A DNA stretch of 64,000 nucleotides from Torpedo marmorata (taxonomy: Eukaryota): the NCBI GenBank assembly GCA_977017645.1, contig OZ360221.1:64294001-64358000 (forward strand), read 5' to 3'. A program made the position numbers and the translations under genes. The notes beneath the pieces were generated by a model that searched no databases, was not told the origin of the DNA, and saw nothing but the letters and a program-made list of their open reading frames with translations. Positions 36,002 through 46,700 of this stretch are shown one piece after another. How positions within the stretch are numbered: position 1 is the stretch's first letter; each line of letters opens with the position of its first letter.

Positions 36002-39000
36002 TTTATCTCTCCACCTCTCTCGCCGGTTTTACCTGCGATTATTTATGCTATACAACATATTAATATATCAAAAACTGTACAAAATATTCGTGCTATGGCA
36101 TTTGGAAAGGTGTAAACTCAGATGACCGAGTGCCCTTTTCTCGTCCAGGGCGTTATGTTATGTTTTATCAGTGCATGGAGGGGGTGGGGTGAGTAGTTGG
36201 TGGGGGCATCCACCGAGCGGACTCGAAAACCAACTGCTTGCTTTCTTATTTCCCAATAGAGAGAATGCAGTTTTTTTTTCAATCATTGATACAATTAAAA
36301 CACAATTCGCCATTTAGTTTAGTTCCGCGTTCGAATAAAATGGGATCGATGTTTAGTACTTTAACATCAAGTGGAAGTGCAGAGTTAGCCAGAGCAGCTG
36401 TTCGATGTGGAGTCAGAACAAAGAGGAAACCACTGATGTAGATCCAGTTTGTTTGTTCTAACCACTGAGATTTGGAGAGAACTGGTGGTTTCTCTTAAAT
36501 CTTTACTTAGGGATGAAACTTAAATCTCCCTTTTTTGTACAAAGGAGTTTTTTTTTTACATATAGGCGTACATTCAATTCTAACCTTTGGCCGCTCACAA
36601 ACTCGGTACACCAGTCAGTCGTAAAAGAGATTATCCTTGCCATATATAGTACAAATGATCGGTGCGTAAAATCTTATTTTCATCCTTAGTTGGAACTGTT
36701 TAATCGCCTCAATTTGTCTTAGACAGGTCTATGGTTAGAAACTGGAACTAGTGATTGCAAAACAAAGTCAGGTGATTGATAGGGACATATTGTAAAGTAA
36801 AAATTAATTTGTACTTCTGTGTCCCCATCTAATTTTCACATCAATGTGTATACGTAATGTGTTCTTTGCAATAGGTGAATGTTACCATTAAGTACAAAAA
36901 TGATTTTATGGCTGACAAATTACTAAACATACAGTACAGTAGTAATCTCGCAAATCAACATATTTTAAACCAAACTGTGGTGTCAAACTTTTAAGATTAA
37001 AAGAGAAAGATCATGAATTTTCACAAACGCATGGCAGTAATATCATATAATTAAAGATCAACGAGGAAACTTCGCGTAGGAATATAAAATCAGCACGATT
37101 TCTTTGATTTTGCCCGGGGCTGTCCTTGGATTCCACCGTTATCTTTCCAATTCATTGGAAGGTTTTTTTGCGCTCTTCTGCGATTACTACCCCTCCCCCC
37201 GTCCCCCTGATACCACTTTCTTGTTTTCATAGTTTAAAAGGCAGCCTTTTATTACTACAGTTTAATTAGCTTTTGAGAATACGTAAAACGCAATATATCC
37301 TTTATTTTGGACATTTATAACCTTATGATCTCTGTGCTATTATGCGATTTTTACTTTACGTTTAGCGGTAGCGTAAAACCGAATTACCTTAATATTTAGT
37401 TTTGCAGAATTCTGCCATGTTTCAGTTCAGAAGTAAGATTTCAATGTTATTTGGTCCTATTTTATGAAAGAAATGATCATCGGACAATGTATTCCGTGCA
37501 AATAAACCGACAAAGCAGATTTTACAGAATATATAGCTAGTGTATGTTATTAAAGATATATGGCAATGATGGAAAAAGATTGTGGCCTATTTGATTGCTT
37601 GTCATTCGACTATCAATAAGTTTTAGTTAAAAAAATGATTCCAACGGACTACAAAAAAAAAGAAACACACAGAATGCTGGAGGAACTCGACGAACCAGGC
37701 AGCGTCCATGGAAGGCAAAAGATAAGTCAATTTATCGGGAAAATTTGTAAGATGAAATCAAAACTTGGCAAGTAATTCCACGTGTCAAGAAAACGATGGA
37801 AATTTCCAATGGAACTGGGTTCAGTGTGAGTGGGATACAAATCATTGAATGTTTCTACCGTTTGTGACCGAGATCTGGCGCCGATAAGATCGAACAGAAC
37901 TTTGAATTTTTTTAATAGAACCGGCGTGAACACAATTTCCGAACTGATTTTTTTTTACTTTCTACTTCTCTTCAATTGCACCAAGCAAATCAGTTTTTCG
38001 GCTATAGTGAAAGGAGGGCTTCCAATAGTAAAGATAACAAACTGGTACAGATGCAAAGGCGAATATCTGCTGACTGAGTAGAACATAAAACGTTTCATGC
38101 TAAACTGTAATATTTTTTTCTTTGTCCAAAACGATCGTTTCATTATGACCGAACCAATTTTACAGAAACAATGATTCTATTCAATAAAAGACGATAATAG
38201 TTTTTAAGAGTCGTAAACTGTACATTATATATTAATTGTGAGATGTATAAGTAACCGATGCTTCCAGTATAAAGTACGTTTTCGGATACTGCAGAGATTA
38301 TATACTTTTTAAAGGCTCTTTACAATTTTCCTGATAAATTTGTTCACTTTATCCCTGTTTCCTCTTGTAGCCCAAACTCAGTCACCACTAGTTATGTGCA
38401 TGTACAACTTGTGTGTATTATACAACATTGGATTTAAAATAAATTCCCTTTACCTTTACAGGCAAACTAAAATAAACACATTTTGTGTATTTATGTACAT
38501 AAGGAACCTTTAAATTATTGATTTTCTCGCAATATAGTAATCTCGCAGCGCCATTGAATATTTCATAGTTCATACATCTGTGTACATTATTTAAAATAAA
38601 GTATTGAAAACGCAAAGCTTAACTACAGCACAGGATCTGCGGGTAAAGGGCCACTACTGGAAGTAAAGAATTAACAACACGCCTCCACTTTTGGAAACTA
38701 TCCCGACCCCACGTGTCACAAGCGTCTGTTCCCCTGCTGGGTCCTTTGCTGTCTTTGGGAATACCGATCACAGATTAATGAAACTAGTCTGTTTGTTCTC
38801 AAAATTGGGGATTCAAAAACACTATAAATTTAACCTGCGTTACACGAGGCTCCAAACTGCCTCTTAAAGCTAAGACAATAAAGAAGCGGCGTTAAAGATT
38901 AAACCGTGAGATTCCAATAAAATCGATAATTTGATAGTACAACGATTGGTCTGATTGATTGTGAAATGCTTAACAAATGTTTATTGATGGATTGCCTTTG

Positions 39001-40527
39001 AATCCATAAATAGTATGTTTGTAGGCCGTCTCTGTAACCCGAATTTCTGTATTTAATCTGCAAACAGAAAATTCACATCATATCATAACCCAAGTGCATC
39101 ATTCATTTTCTATCGACTTAAACGGCGGTTTGCATTCAATCATTTGATTCTGTCAACTTTTTCTGAGCAGTGAATGTTAGCATGTAGGTTTACGCCTGCC
39201 TTTTAACTTCAAATCCAAGTCGAGTTGACTGCTCTGAAAAAGTAGCGCGGTATCACAATTCCACAGAAAATCGAGACTATATTTTTATTTGTTTGATTGT
39301 TTACCAACAGGATATATCAAGCGGCATTTTAACAAATTCAGGCCACAGTACTTTGGTGTTTTCAATGCAAATGTAACGTTTAAGCATTTTTAAGTATGAC
39401 AGCCCAGCGAATTAGTGCAACTGATATTTTTGTGTGATTAGAATCCTGAATCCTCTTTTTTAAAAAGGTACGCCACGGTCGCTACTGCGAGCATTTACTG
39501 TCTCTTGATTGCAGCAATGACCAGGTTAGCCCATAAACCTATTCACACCTAACAATGGGGATTCTATCAACAATTAACAAGAAACAACATAATAAAGTCG
39601 TTTACAAAGAGCTGACTATTTACGATAAATTATCCAGTCTTTAGGAGAGCAGTGCGTAATTTCACACGCTTTATAAGTAAACTAGGTTTCAGGGGCACAC
39701 ACTCTCGCCATACCGTATCTCATCTCTAGTTTTTAACCAAACTCCATCCACAACATTCCGATACTGTGTAAATCAAACTGTATCATTGTTGCAAAAATAT
39801 TTTTATCATATCTAAACATTTTAAATGGATATCGTGGCACCAATCATATTATCCAATCGCTCTATTTTAATTATAATGCCTGACCATGATCTTAGAAACC
39901 TATTGGAAGATTAAAAAAGAGTTTTATTGAGTTTAAAAAAAAAAAAATCGGTATTAACTGTCGAATATCATTAACTCCAATCAGGAGGAATCCGGAGCAT
40001 CTGCTGATAGTTAGATTGCTGTGATTTACTTTAATTTGCTCTGTTTTGCGGGGCTTTTGGAGCAGCAAGTTAACAACACAAAGGGGAAACTGGACAACCC
40101 TGCTTACAGCGAAATTAACATGTGAACTGCAGAAAAGAGAGGGCAAGTTGCTAACCACACACAGATTCGCCATCTTTAATGGAGTTTAATTCTAGTTTCT
40201 TCTTTAGCATGCTACAGCTTAATATTGTGCATTAGAATGTCAGGGGAGCTTGCGTTATAAATCACACGAAAAGGAAGATCTGTTCCGCATAAACTAACGA
40301 GGTAGTCACAAATTCAGTAAACACTCGTTCTAACTGAATAACAACAAAGACCTTGGGATCAGTGGAGCAATATGGCGGAAATTTTAAGCATTTCCTTCAG
40401 GATATAAGAAACTATCTAGGCCTGTTGTTTAATTCATTTGAATGTTCTGTTTAGGATAATTATCATCAATTAGTTGAACGCAACTTTTAGACTTGCATAT
40501 TATATTCGTAGTATGTACACATATCTG

Positions 40528-40553
40528 TATATATATATATATATATATATATA
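40528..40553. repeat. (TA)n microsatellite
   Basis: Perfect TA run. Confidence 0.95.
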
Positions 40554-40649
40554 CATTCACACACAAATATGTGTTTAAATACAATATGTAAATAATTGTA
40601 TGACAGAAACCCTTTACAATATCATGTAATTATTTCAGCAAGCCAACTA

Positions 40650-43543
40650 AACAATGTAGCCTATTCATTTTATTTGTCATGAAACATAGGTTTTGCAGTT
40701 TCGCAGATCATAACAGTTTTAGTAAGTATAAAATAAGTGGCACTGACCCTGAAAATGGCCTTTGTTTGCAAACACAGCTGTTGCAATCTTTACATTGCAA
40801 ACTAAGGTATGCGCAGGAGAGAATGAAATACTAAGGATGGCATGAAGAGAAACCCAAGCATCTGGAGGGAAGCAGCTTGTTTTGAAACTGTCAATTCACT
40901 AAACCCTTATTGTGAGAACCTCATGCAAAAATTTGCCAGCCTTGATTGCAGTGGTTTCAAGCCACATCAACGTTAAAACAAGAGGTAAAAACAAAGATGA
41001 AACATGCTTAAAACAGACCAAAATGAATTAGCAGAACAGTAGGAAAAAGAAACTTTTTATGACATAGAAGACAACAGATCACCCAGAACAGATTTTTATG
41101 TTTTTTGAATTGAGATCACTTGTTACAACAGTGTTCAGTGTTGGTGTTGTGCTACATTGTTTCATCATTTAACTACCTCACGCATATTAATATATTTAAA
41201 ACATTGTTTTACCTACCAAATTAGTATTTACAAACATTGAGATACCTTCTTTCATTAAATTATGGCTGTCTTGTAAATAATTATTGTGCCCTTAGAGTAA
41301 ATGAGACAAAATATAATAATTTTACAGGAAGTAACATTTGTGGGGTGTTTTTCCCTGGTTAATTTAACGTATTTGAAATTATTTTTAATCAGTGTTTGAC
41401 CAGTGAAAATGTCCTTTTTTAAAAAAAGCAAGACTCTTAGGATAAATCATTGCAACATAGACTGCTAATAAGTCACATATGTCAGCAATGGCAAAGTGCT
41501 CTACAGTTAGCAGCACATTAACTTAAATAAGCAATGTGTCATGCATTTTTGCTGGTTGAAAATTTCTCTCTATATACATGGATTGGGAATAAAATTGCTG
41601 TGTGTTACAATAGAGTATATTAAAAATCTTCTGCTTCACCTAATATGAGAAAACGTTTTTTAAAGTGTACATTCATGGAGCATGAGAAGCATAGAAGACA
41701 GCATTGAAAGCTGAAATTACCCACTGTCTGTTTTGAATATCAAGTGACCTTGGGAGATATAACAAGGGACTGGTTTGTGATGATAGGGATATTCAAAGTG
41801 GTATCCACTGAAACTGCTTAGCAGCACAGTTAGTTGCTAGTGTACCTCTATTCTATGAATTCTAACTAGCACTTGTGTAGCATTTATATTGATATCTGAA
41901 CGTGAATAATGAAAGTAGCTACACAGAAAACAACCTAAATAAAATAAGAACTTCTGTTATCCATATGTTATCTCTTTTTGTAATGCTCATATAATGCCAA
42001 GTCTGGTTAAGCATCTTTAAAAAAAAATACAAACACTATATATTTTTTCATTATCAGATTTCAGAGACCTGGACATTTATGTGTAAAATGCCCAAATGTA
42101 ACACATTTCCTCAATCATTAACTTTTTTATATCCCTTTGATACAGCTATTTTTTTACAAGGTTTACAACATCTTCATTTTAAACAACCACACTTCCTCTG
42201 CATATTTCAGGATCCTAAATGCCCTCATTATGTGCAAAATGTCTAATTAACATACTGCTTGTTAATTCAAGCAATTGTAATTCTTAAGTTAAAATGCCAA
42301 ACAAGGTTACTCTTTTAAATTCAAGGATGGTGTAAATAATAACATAATCGATTCTTGTAAAATGAAACAAATGTAATCAAGACACATCTACAGTGTCTGT
42401 CACACATTTCAATGTAAGGCTAAATTATATAATATTAACAGTGCAAACTCTGTCTAGACTTTCTGAAGGAAGTCCCTGAAGATGGTAAACAAATGTCTCT
42501 CCCAAATCCTTGCAATGCACCTCACATTTGGAGTTTCTATCTTTTGGTGTAAATATAAGCATGGTTGACTGATTGTCACTTGCATTACTTCTGGAATCTT
42601 CACTGGATGTTTGATATCTGCATCATATCCAGAATTTTAATTTCTTCCTATTTCATAAGGCCTAAAAGGTATTTGGTCCATATGCGCCATGTGTCTGTAT
42701 TCATTGCCTTAGTATTGAATGCTCAAAACCATCAAAAATAGACCCCTCACCTGACTGATTCTGCTTTATATTCACTCCTTGATTAGTGGTTTTCTTTTGT
42801 TTTTAAAAAAATCTTAGTTACCTGTATGTAATAACCTACAAAGTTAGGGTTAAACCAAGGTTAATGTAGCCATTCTCAGGGTTCGAGAGGTAAACATTTC
42901 AAGCAATTATTTTACGTTTAAGAACTAAAGACAACAAAGCTTTGAAATCAGTAACCTGCTTGCACTTATCTATCTAAACACCAATGATAGGGACTCTTTC
43001 AAGATAAAAGCTTATTTTATATAGACTGACCGCCATATTGATTGAAATGAAGGTACATTCTTTTTTAAAGTTAAACATACGTTCATACTTTGCTACGATT
43101 CCAATACTGTATAATCAATCACTCAGGCAAAACATGAAGTCATTTGCGATTTAAAACTGTAGTGCATACATTTAATGGCTCATTTTCTAACATTTCACTA
43201 TTTCGACTTGTGACGTACATTTTGCAGTAACCTTGTTGTGGTACTGACTTATAATTTGAACATTGAAAAAAATTATTTTAAGTGTTCGAAAGCAACCGTA
43301 AAACAATTTCAAAGTGACATTAGTAGTTCAAAAAGTGTACTGTGGAATGCCTCGGTCAGTAGAAAACGGCGTTTGGTAAATCAAAAGAATAATCCACACG
43401 AAAGGTTTTCGGTCTTTAGAACAGTATTCCAATATGAAATTTTGCTGTATGTCGAGATTTAATATCCGGACAAGTTTATGACAAAAACGTTCTAATATAA
43501 ATTTTGCACAGGCAGTTTTTTAAAAAAATCCAAAATATCCCTT
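40650..43543 (-). other. SKIDA1: Probable long 3' UTR of SKIDA1 with candidate poly(A) signal
   Basis: AT-rich, TE-free sequence after the stop codon; minus-strand AATAAA at 40669-40674 followed by GU-rich TTGTTTAGTTGG. The 3' end is inferred. Confidence 0.5.
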
Positions 43544-45997
43544 TCATAAGTTAAATCGTCTGAATTTATGGCTAGGCGGGAGAGGTATTGCTGATCCACC
43601 CATCTGCCATTTCGACACAGGATGGGCCTTCTGAGGTGCTTCGGGATCCTTAGTAGAGTTCAGTGAGTACGCAGGGCACAAATCTCCATCTTTGCCAATA
43701 ATTAGTGACGGTGGAGAGGGAAAATTTGCCATGAAATTAAATGGCCTTTTCAACGTGGACGCTACACCATTGGCTACTCGCTTACGTTTATTTGTACCAG
43801 CAAATTCTTCAAGAGTTTCTTCATGCACATCTGTTTTACCTGTAAGACGCGGATTCTCTGATTTCACAATTGTTTTGACAGACGAGTTTTGCAAAGTATG
43901 TTGTTTCCCCAACACTAAAGTTCTGTAATTCCTTCTTATTCTTGCACCATTTCGAAATTCGTAGTCTTCTAATACTGGAATGTTTAAAGTGCTTTGAAGG
44001 TCTTCGCTTCGTCTGGATGGGTTTTGGGAATTGGTAGTTTTTTCAGTGCACACGTAGCTTTCTTTTGCTTTCGTCGAAAAACACTCTTGCATTTTATTTT
44101 CACTTAAAGTGGTTACTGCTTGCTTCGATACATTGCACGCATACTTGAGTTTCTTTCTAGGTTGTTGGGTCATATATCCATATTCTTCCTCGCAGCTATT
44201 TTCTTCTAGTTTTACTGTAACATTGTGCATAACTGCGTTCCCCATGTCTGCATCGTCACTGTGAATGTGAACGGCAGGCCCCTGACTGCTGTTGGCATTT
44301 AAACTCTGGAAAGCCGAGGACAGTGTGATGAAATTGCTGATTTTCGATTCTTTTTCGACATTTATTGCTAATGGGGAATCATTCTCAAGAGGCTCAGGAA
44401 CTATTGTCACGTTGTTTTCTTCTGCGCAGTGTGATATAGTTGCTCTGAGGCATTTCCTTGACTCTGTTAATGTTCTTTGTTGTGGAAACTCGGTGTTTTC
44501 CTTTGGGCTAGGATCAGGCCCCCCTTCTGTAGCACGGTTAATTGTCGATTCAGTCCTTTTCAGATGTTGTGAAATTTCAGAGTGTGGGAAGGGAAGTTCG
44601 GATATCCTATCGTTATTTATCTCGGCCACACAACTTCCATAGCTAGTTGAGCAGCACACGTTATGTGACTTAATTGTCCAGTTCTGCTCATTTCTCTTCA
44701 CAACAGTCGAGGACTTTAAATTACAATGTGAAATTCTTCCTTCTGGGAGATCGTTGCCGGCTGTTTCATATACCGCACTATTGTTTTTGGCTTGGAACTG
44801 GTAGTGGAAACTGGGCTGCGTTAAGACAAGAGGTTTGCTGCAGATGCTCGAGAAACTGGTACGCCTGAATCGAATGCTTTGAAGTGAAACTTGGCTGGAA
44901 ACGGAGCTAGAATCAGATTCGGACGAGCTGTCTTCATCACTGGCCGATGTTACGTCGGATGATTCGGACACGGTGTCCTCTTCTTCCTCGTCGGAAGAAA
45001 CCGAGTTGCTGGAACTCGACAAACTTGACCCAAAGTCCGAGTCGTTGAGTGCGCGATCAGAGAAGGAGCTCGACTCGGAATCGCTGCTCCAGCTTTCCTG
45101 CAGGGGCCCCTGGTTACAATGCAGTCCGTTGGCAAGATGACATTTATTCAAGCATTCATCCCCTCCTTTAGTTTTGTAAGATTTAGGAGAAGCTGCCGCC
45201 AGTAAGACTCGCTTGGCAGTGCTTGAACTCCCCGAATGTTTCTGAGTGATTTCACACGAACTTTTGCGCCTGAAATAATATGTTAACCCGGTAGCATTTG
45301 GAGACTTCGGGTAATAGGCGATGGCGGATTGGTAAAATACGGGATGTCGGCAAATCATGCTCCGAAATAAGGAGTGATTGGTGTGAAATGCTACACAGTT
45401 ACTTGATATTTCAGCGGTTTCGTAGTTTTGAGGGGCTTTGCAATGCGACCGGATCATTTCTGTGTAACTGTGGCTGGTAAATTTGCTGTAAAATTGAGGT
45501 AGATTGGAAGCCGGTAGCGAGCTACCGCCTCCTTGTAAACTCCTGTTAATTCCAGTCAAAGGCTGCGGCTTTCCATTCATACTCAACCAAACTTTGTTCT
45601 CTTTCAAAAAACTCGCGTAGCGATCGGTGGGGGCTTTCTCGGGTTTGAGCCCCGTTGACAACAATGTTCCATTTATTTTTCTCCTCTTGGTCCTGAGAAC
45701 ACGTTCGGTTTTGCATGAAGTGTACAGGGCTTCCACGTCTTCCCGAGAAATTAGAGTGCATTTAGCTGCATGAAAAGCAATAGAATTTATTGCCTTGAGT
45801 TTTCGCAATTCTTCCAAATCGCAGTGATGTTTCTTCACGTTTAGATGGTCCATCCTTTTGTGTACTGTAGTCCTGGGTATATTTTTCAGCAGATTAGTGA
45901 ATACTTGAGAAAGCGCAAACATTTGTTTCCCCTTAATTATAAGGTAACCAAGTCTCACACCATCCACCTCTTCATAACCCGATTCCAAGTCTCCCAT
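43544..45997 (-). CDS. SKIDA1: SKI/DACH domain-containing protein 1, single coding exon, 817 aa from the conserved Met (ORF open upstream to an ATG at 46066)
   Basis: Translation MGDLESGYEEVDGVRLGYLIIKGKQMFALSQVFTNLLKNIPRTTVHKRMDHL matches the vertebrate SKIDA1 N-terminal SKI/DACH domain. Central SSDSESSS/DSDFGSSLSSSSNSVSS/QSIRFRRTSF block and C-terminal KRPFNFMANFPSPPSLIIG...KWQMGGSAIPLPPSHKFRRF are also present. Divergent neighbour is MLLT10, as in other vertebrates. Confidence 0.97.
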   Translation of the reverse strand: MGDLESGYEEVDGVRLGYLIIKGKQMFALSQVFTNLLKNIPRTTVHKRMDHLNVKKHHCDLEELRKLKAINSIAFHAAKCTLISREDVEALYTSCKTERVLRTKRRKINGTLLSTGLKPEKAPTDRYASFLKENKVWLSMNGKPQPLTGINRSLQGGGSSLPASNLPQFYSKFTSHSYTEMIRSHCKAPQNYETAEISSNCVAFHTNHSLFRSMICRHPVFYQSAIAYYPKSPNATGLTYYFRRKSSCEITQKHSGSSSTAKRVLLAAASPKSYKTKGGDECLNKCHLANGLHCNQGPLQESWSSDSESSSFSDRALNDSDFGSSLSSSSNSVSSDEEEEDTVSESSDVTSASDEDSSSESDSSSVSSQVSLQSIRFRRTSFSSICSKPLVLTQPSFHYQFQAKNNSAVYETAGNDLPEGRISHCNLKSSTVVKRNEQNWTIKSHNVCCSTSYGSCVAEINNDRISELPFPHSEISQHLKRTESTINRATEGGPDPSPKENTEFPQQRTLTESRKCLRATISHCAEENNVTIVPEPLENDSPLAINVEKESKISNFITLSSAFQSLNANSSQGPAVHIHSDDADMGNAVMHNVTVKLEENSCEEEYGYMTQQPRKKLKYACNVSKQAVTTLSENKMQECFSTKAKESYVCTEKTTNSQNPSRRSEDLQSTLNIPVLEDYEFRNGARIRRNYRTLVLGKQHTLQNSSVKTIVKSENPRLTGKTDVHEETLEEFAGTNKRKRVANGVASTLKRPFNFMANFPSPPSLIIGKDGDLCPAYSLNSTKDPEAPQKAHPVSKWQMGGSAIPLPPSHKFRRFNL

Positions 45998-46272
45998 ATC
46001 GACAACTAAATTCTGTCCCACATTCGCTGAAAAAAAACATCGACCGCGAAATTCGACATTCCTCATGGCATCCTGTTTGAAAACACATATAATTATTCTT
46101 TCTGATACAGTTGATTTAAAAAAAAACTTTGGGATTATATTTAATACATAGCATATGGCATTGTAATGAATATAAATTAAAAAGCAGCATCACATGTTAT
46201 TTATATGCAGCGCAATTTCCACAGTATGCGTATTGCTATACCTGCAGTCCTTTAATTGTTCCAAATGAATAC

Positions 46273-46330
46273 GAGAGAGAATCGAGAGAGAAAGAAAGAG
46301 ATGAAAGAGAGAGGGAGAGGGAGAGAGGGG

Positions 46331-46358
<28 letters not shown>
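46273..46358. repeat. (GA)n purine tract upstream of the SKIDA1 coding exon
   Basis: Interrupted GA repeat ending in a perfect run. Confidence 0.92.
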
Positions 46359-46361
<3 letters not shown>

Positions 46362-46399
46362 GCAGCTGCTATTCCCGCCGCTGCTTCTCCCACAAATAA

Positions 46400-46700
46400 G
46401 ATGACAGAGTGAAGTGAGCTCGTCGGGAGACACCTTCATCAATTAATTCCCCTAAAGCCAGCTCTGATTGGATGCCACTGACAGGTGATGCAATAAAAAT
46501 TGATATTCCACCCCCTTCCAAAAATCCCCCACTAATTAGCATATCCTTATACACCCACCCTCTTGCTGAAGTAAATACAGTTAGTATGCAAATTTTTAAT
46601 ATATTCCCCCCTCCCCCGAAAAAAAATCATCCTAAAGAGCGCTCTAGCAGCCGCAAGCTACCTGGGTTATTTTATACATTTATTTATTGTGCCTTCCGAC
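46400..46700. promoter_or_regulatory. Candidate proximal regulatory element of SKIDA1
   Basis: Cluster of GATTGG (CCAAT), two TGACAG, TAATTA and octamer ATGCAAAT (46586-46593), next to a (GA)n tract. Confidence 0.4.

Noticed and set aside
35751-36125. 124-aa ORF
   Set aside because: Artefact of reading through the N gap.
41173-41180. let-7 site CTACCTCA
   Set aside because: On the plus strand, antisense to the SKIDA1 mRNA.
30420-43000. miR-1915 hairpin or NEBL exons expected from human synteny
   Set aside because: No matching hairpin or LIM/nebulin-repeat coding sequence was recognised.
46129-46442. RE-rich and LS-rich ORFs
   Set aside because: Translation of the (GA)n microsatellite.
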